A stretch of 44,707 nt of DNA from a virus (Duplodnaviria > Heunggongvirae > Uroviricota > Caudoviricetes), in the IMG/VR virus record IMGVR_UViG_3300010965_000004, positions 1 to 44,707 of that record. One strand, written 5' to 3'. This document shows positions 42,230 through 44,707 of the stretch, in pieces. A program made the position numbers and the translations under genes. The notes beneath the pieces are model-generated. The model was not told the origin of the DNA and ran no database searches. It saw only the letters and a program-made list of their open reading frames with translations. Numbering within the stretch: position 1 is the stretch's first letter; every line of letters begins with the position of its first letter.

Positions 42230-44146
42230 TTATTGAACTTTATTCTCTTCTGTAAGAATAGGCTGTTCAGGGCCTCCACACATTCTCTGAAGTTTAATAA
42301 AGTTATCTCCAAGCAAGCGATAAACGTTTCTGATATTCGAGATAAACGCTAACAGCTCATTAGCATTCTGCGACTGAGAAAGTTGATCCATATTAAGTCT
42401 AGCTAGGAACAAAGTTCTTCCCAGCTTATCAATAGCTTCTTGAATATCAGGTAAATATTCCCTTACCAGATCAGTCATATTAGTAGCTTGAATCAGTTCT
42501 GAAATAATAGTAGATTCAATGGTTTGTGGGTCTTGAGTATCAATAGCTGATCTGATATTCTTGATAGCTGCCCCTTGAACATCTGCACCAAAAGTATTTT
42601 CTTGATCTGCAGGAATGTCTCCATATTGAGGAATTTCACCTGGCTCAAAGTCAGCTTTCTTGGAAAGATAAATCTTCACATGCTTCTGTTCTTTGGCTTG
42701 TTTAATGAAGCTATCTGCCTTATTGGGAGCGATGCCTTCCTTAACCACCAGCATTTCAACCATCTTAACTTCAGGGCCAACTGGTTTTCCATTGAATGAG
42801 AATTCAATTCCATCAAATCCAATATCAACAGCAGTGCCTAGAGCAGTTAAAGTACTAAGTTCTAACTTGGCTAAAGCAGAGTTAATGTTAGTTTCCAGTT
42901 TTCCTGAAATGTTGTGATGAAGAACAACTATTAAAGCGTTGTAAGGGATAAAAATATTTTCACAATCGGCAGCGTTAATAACCTTACAATTACGGTAAGC
43001 GTTAATAGTAACTCCGCTGGATTCGTTACCTGGAAGTAAATTAGAGGCTTTTATAGTTACCCCTACATTACTCTCATTAACATGGTGAACACTATATGCT
43101 CCTACTAGATTCAATTCTGGGGAGAAGATAGCAATCTTAGAGTAGTTAACCACGTCTCTAGGAACGATAGGAGACTGAACTCCGAACAAATCCTTCAATA
43201 CTTTTTTAGTATCTACCGCTTCCCCTCTTGAAACGATTTGACTGGAAATAGCATAATCTCCATTCGAGAAGATAGCCAAGACAGGATCTTGAGAAAGAGC
43301 ATTTGAATCATAAGGTCGTAACAATGCCGCAAACTTAGGGGCAGCTTGTGCACGTTTAGGAATGTAAGCAGGTTTGATCTCACCAGAAGAAGTAACTACT
43401 TCGTAGTCCTTACCGGAGTCTACTCCACCTATAAGTTGTAATGGTCCAAGCGAATCAAAGTCATTAGCCAGAACAGCTACTCGTTCAGTTGTATTCTCAC
43501 CACGTAAGGCATAACCTTTTTCCAGGATAGAAGCCACAGTAGGATTATCTAATCCTCGTCCTTCGGTAATAAGTTCTACAGCTGGCTTTAAAACAGCCTT
43601 AGGACCATGTATACTAGGCTTTAGAGCCGCCAGAACATTTTCCAGGCCAAATAGTTTATGTAAAGTTTCGTAGATTTCTTTATCTTCAGCAAACTTCTCT
43701 GTCATGGCTTTCTTCACCATGTTAGGCATATTAGCTAAAAACTCAACTAGTCTCGAAGACGAAGCATAAACAAATTTGCCGGTACGAGGAGGAGTAACCA
43801 GATCATAAACACTAGGATTGGTAGGAACAGTTTTAGGAATCTTAGTAGCTTTTCCAATAGTCACTTGAGAACTGGAAATAGCTTGATCCAAAAATGTCTT
43901 GGTAAGAGGATAGAATTTACCATCCGAGTTACTAAAGAGGGAATCAATTGGGAGAACGGTATCACTTTTAGCAATGACAGGAATGAAATAATATTCTTGC
44001 CCCAGCTGTAAGATGAAAATACCAACCCTCAAACCAGATTCTTCTTTTCCTGTTTCTTCGCTTATGTCCTTGAAAGAAACAATATAGCTTGATAGCTCTG
44101 GAAAGAGCTGTATTAACTTCTGTAGAGCATTCTCTGAGAATTCCAT
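42230..44146 (-). CDS. Large hypothetical head-block protein
   Basis: About 638 aa from ATG 44146 (AGGG SD); VKKAM, SKKAD motifs; no family recognised. Confidence 0.7.
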   Translation of the reverse strand: MEFSENALQKLIQLFPELSSYIVSFKDISEETGKEESGLRVGIFILQLGQEYYFIPVIAKSDTVLPIDSLFSNSDGKFYPLTKTFLDQAISSSQVTIGKATKIPKTVPTNPSVYDLVTPPRTGKFVYASSSRLVEFLANMPNMVKKAMTEKFAEDKEIYETLHKLFGLENVLAALKPSIHGPKAVLKPAVELITEGRGLDNPTVASILEKGYALRGENTTERVAVLANDFDSLGPLQLIGGVDSGKDYEVVTSSGEIKPAYIPKRAQAAPKFAALLRPYDSNALSQDPVLAIFSNGDYAISSQIVSRGEAVDTKKVLKDLFGVQSPIVPRDVVNYSKIAIFSPELNLVGAYSVHHVNESNVGVTIKASNLLPGNESSGVTINAYRNCKVINAADCENIFIPYNALIVVLHHNISGKLETNINSALAKLELSTLTALGTAVDIGFDGIEFSFNGKPVGPEVKMVEMLVVKEGIAPNKADSFIKQAKEQKHVKIYLSKKADFEPGEIPQYGDIPADQENTFGADVQGAAIKNIRSAIDTQDPQTIESTIISELIQATNMTDLVREYLPDIQEAIDKLGRTLFLARLNMDQLSQSQNANELLAFISNIRNVYRLLGDNFIKLQRMCGGPEQPILTEENKVQ

Positions 44147-44199
44147 ACTTTTAACCCTTATTAAAAAAACCACTTAATCTAATGTATATTTTAGTATGA

Positions 44200-44209
44200 T
44201 ATTTTACCA
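44200..44209 (-). promoter_or_regulatory. Candidate late promoter TGGTAAAATA
   Basis: Identical to 13355-13364; heads the head-gene block. Confidence 0.55.
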
Positions 44210-44217
44210 CAATAAAT

Positions 44218-44707
44218 TTATGCAGTACAACCAATCGGCTGCTTTGGATTAACATTTGTTTTAGCCTGAGTGCCAGGAGCACTATTACTAACGTAATTAG
44301 ACTTACTATTAATACTACCAGGAGCATTGGTTGCTGCCAGAGCAGCCATAGTTGGATCCCAGTCTGTACCGGCTTTTCCAGTCCTTTTTATGTCTATAGC
44401 AGCCAGAGCCGATAGTCTACTAGAGGGAGAGCCCATTACATCTTTCTGACGCATCTCAGGGGAATATCCATTTATATCTCGAGACCCCGCTTTCCCTACG
44501 TATGCTCCAACAGCAGAAAATATAGCTTGAGCTGGATTATGGTAAGTTGCTAAATTCTTAGAATTAAGGTAAATTTTGTACTTATTTTGAAGAATAATTA
44601 GACCAGCGACCACAGAACGAGTCATTGCCAGTTCATCATTAGCCGCGAATAAAGCAGTTATAGATTGCCCAGGATCTACTGCTAACCCCAAGGCATCTAC
44701 TATAGCT
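44218..44707 (-). CDS. Hypothetical protein, 5' end outside the window
   Basis: Frame is open to the window edge upstream of TTG 44691. Confidence 0.6.
   Translation of the reverse strand, partial: AIVDALGLAVDPGQSITALFAANDELAMTRSVVAGLIILQNKYKIYLNSKNLATYHNPAQAIFSAVGAYVGKAGSRDINGYSPEMRQKDVMGSPSSRLSALAAIDIKRTGKAGTDWDPTMAALAATNAPGSINSKSNYVSNSAPGTQAKTNVNPKQPIGCTA

Noticed and set aside
968-42917. Numerous 60-170 aa ORFs antisense to or nested in long genes (e.g. 968-1324, 5738-6061, 20248-20520, 32999-33397, 40944-41321)
   Set aside because: Shadows of well-supported genes, lacking RBS or motifs.
42230-44146. Portal protein call for the 638-aa ORF
   Set aside because: Size fits but I recognise no portal motif; left hypothetical.

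Overview
AT-rich segment of a large contractile-tailed dsDNA phage (jumbo-myovirus-like). The minus strand carries morphogenesis genes: terminase large subunit, baseplate spike, tail tube and sheath, neck proteins, major capsid and decoration proteins, scaffold-like proteins and a prohead protease. It also carries a DNA end-repair trio, three paralogous HNH endonucleases and two tRNAs. These blocks alternate with plus-strand cassettes, most opened by a TGGTATAA promoter and closed by an intrinsic terminator: (i) a complete ubiquitin-like conjugation cassette (Ubl, E2, JAB, E1); (ii) an RNAP alphaCTD mimic; (iii) a retron-type reverse transcriptase overlapped by an upstream ORF and followed by a separately promoted structured ncRNA; (iv) a counter-defence/metabolic block (NTase, Prs-like plus Nampt-like pair with NARP1 architecture, Thg1, NADAR, RlmN-like). 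The most unusual signals are the RT/ncRNA unit, a tRNA-Asn body whose anticodon is split by a 32-nt hairpin insert, a recurrent N-terminal NKYLEKIA tag and K-x-A motif restricted to late-strand proteins, and a T9 slippery site that would fuse two head-region ORFs. All calls were made by eye from sequence and motif memory; no database searches, folding or alignments were run.
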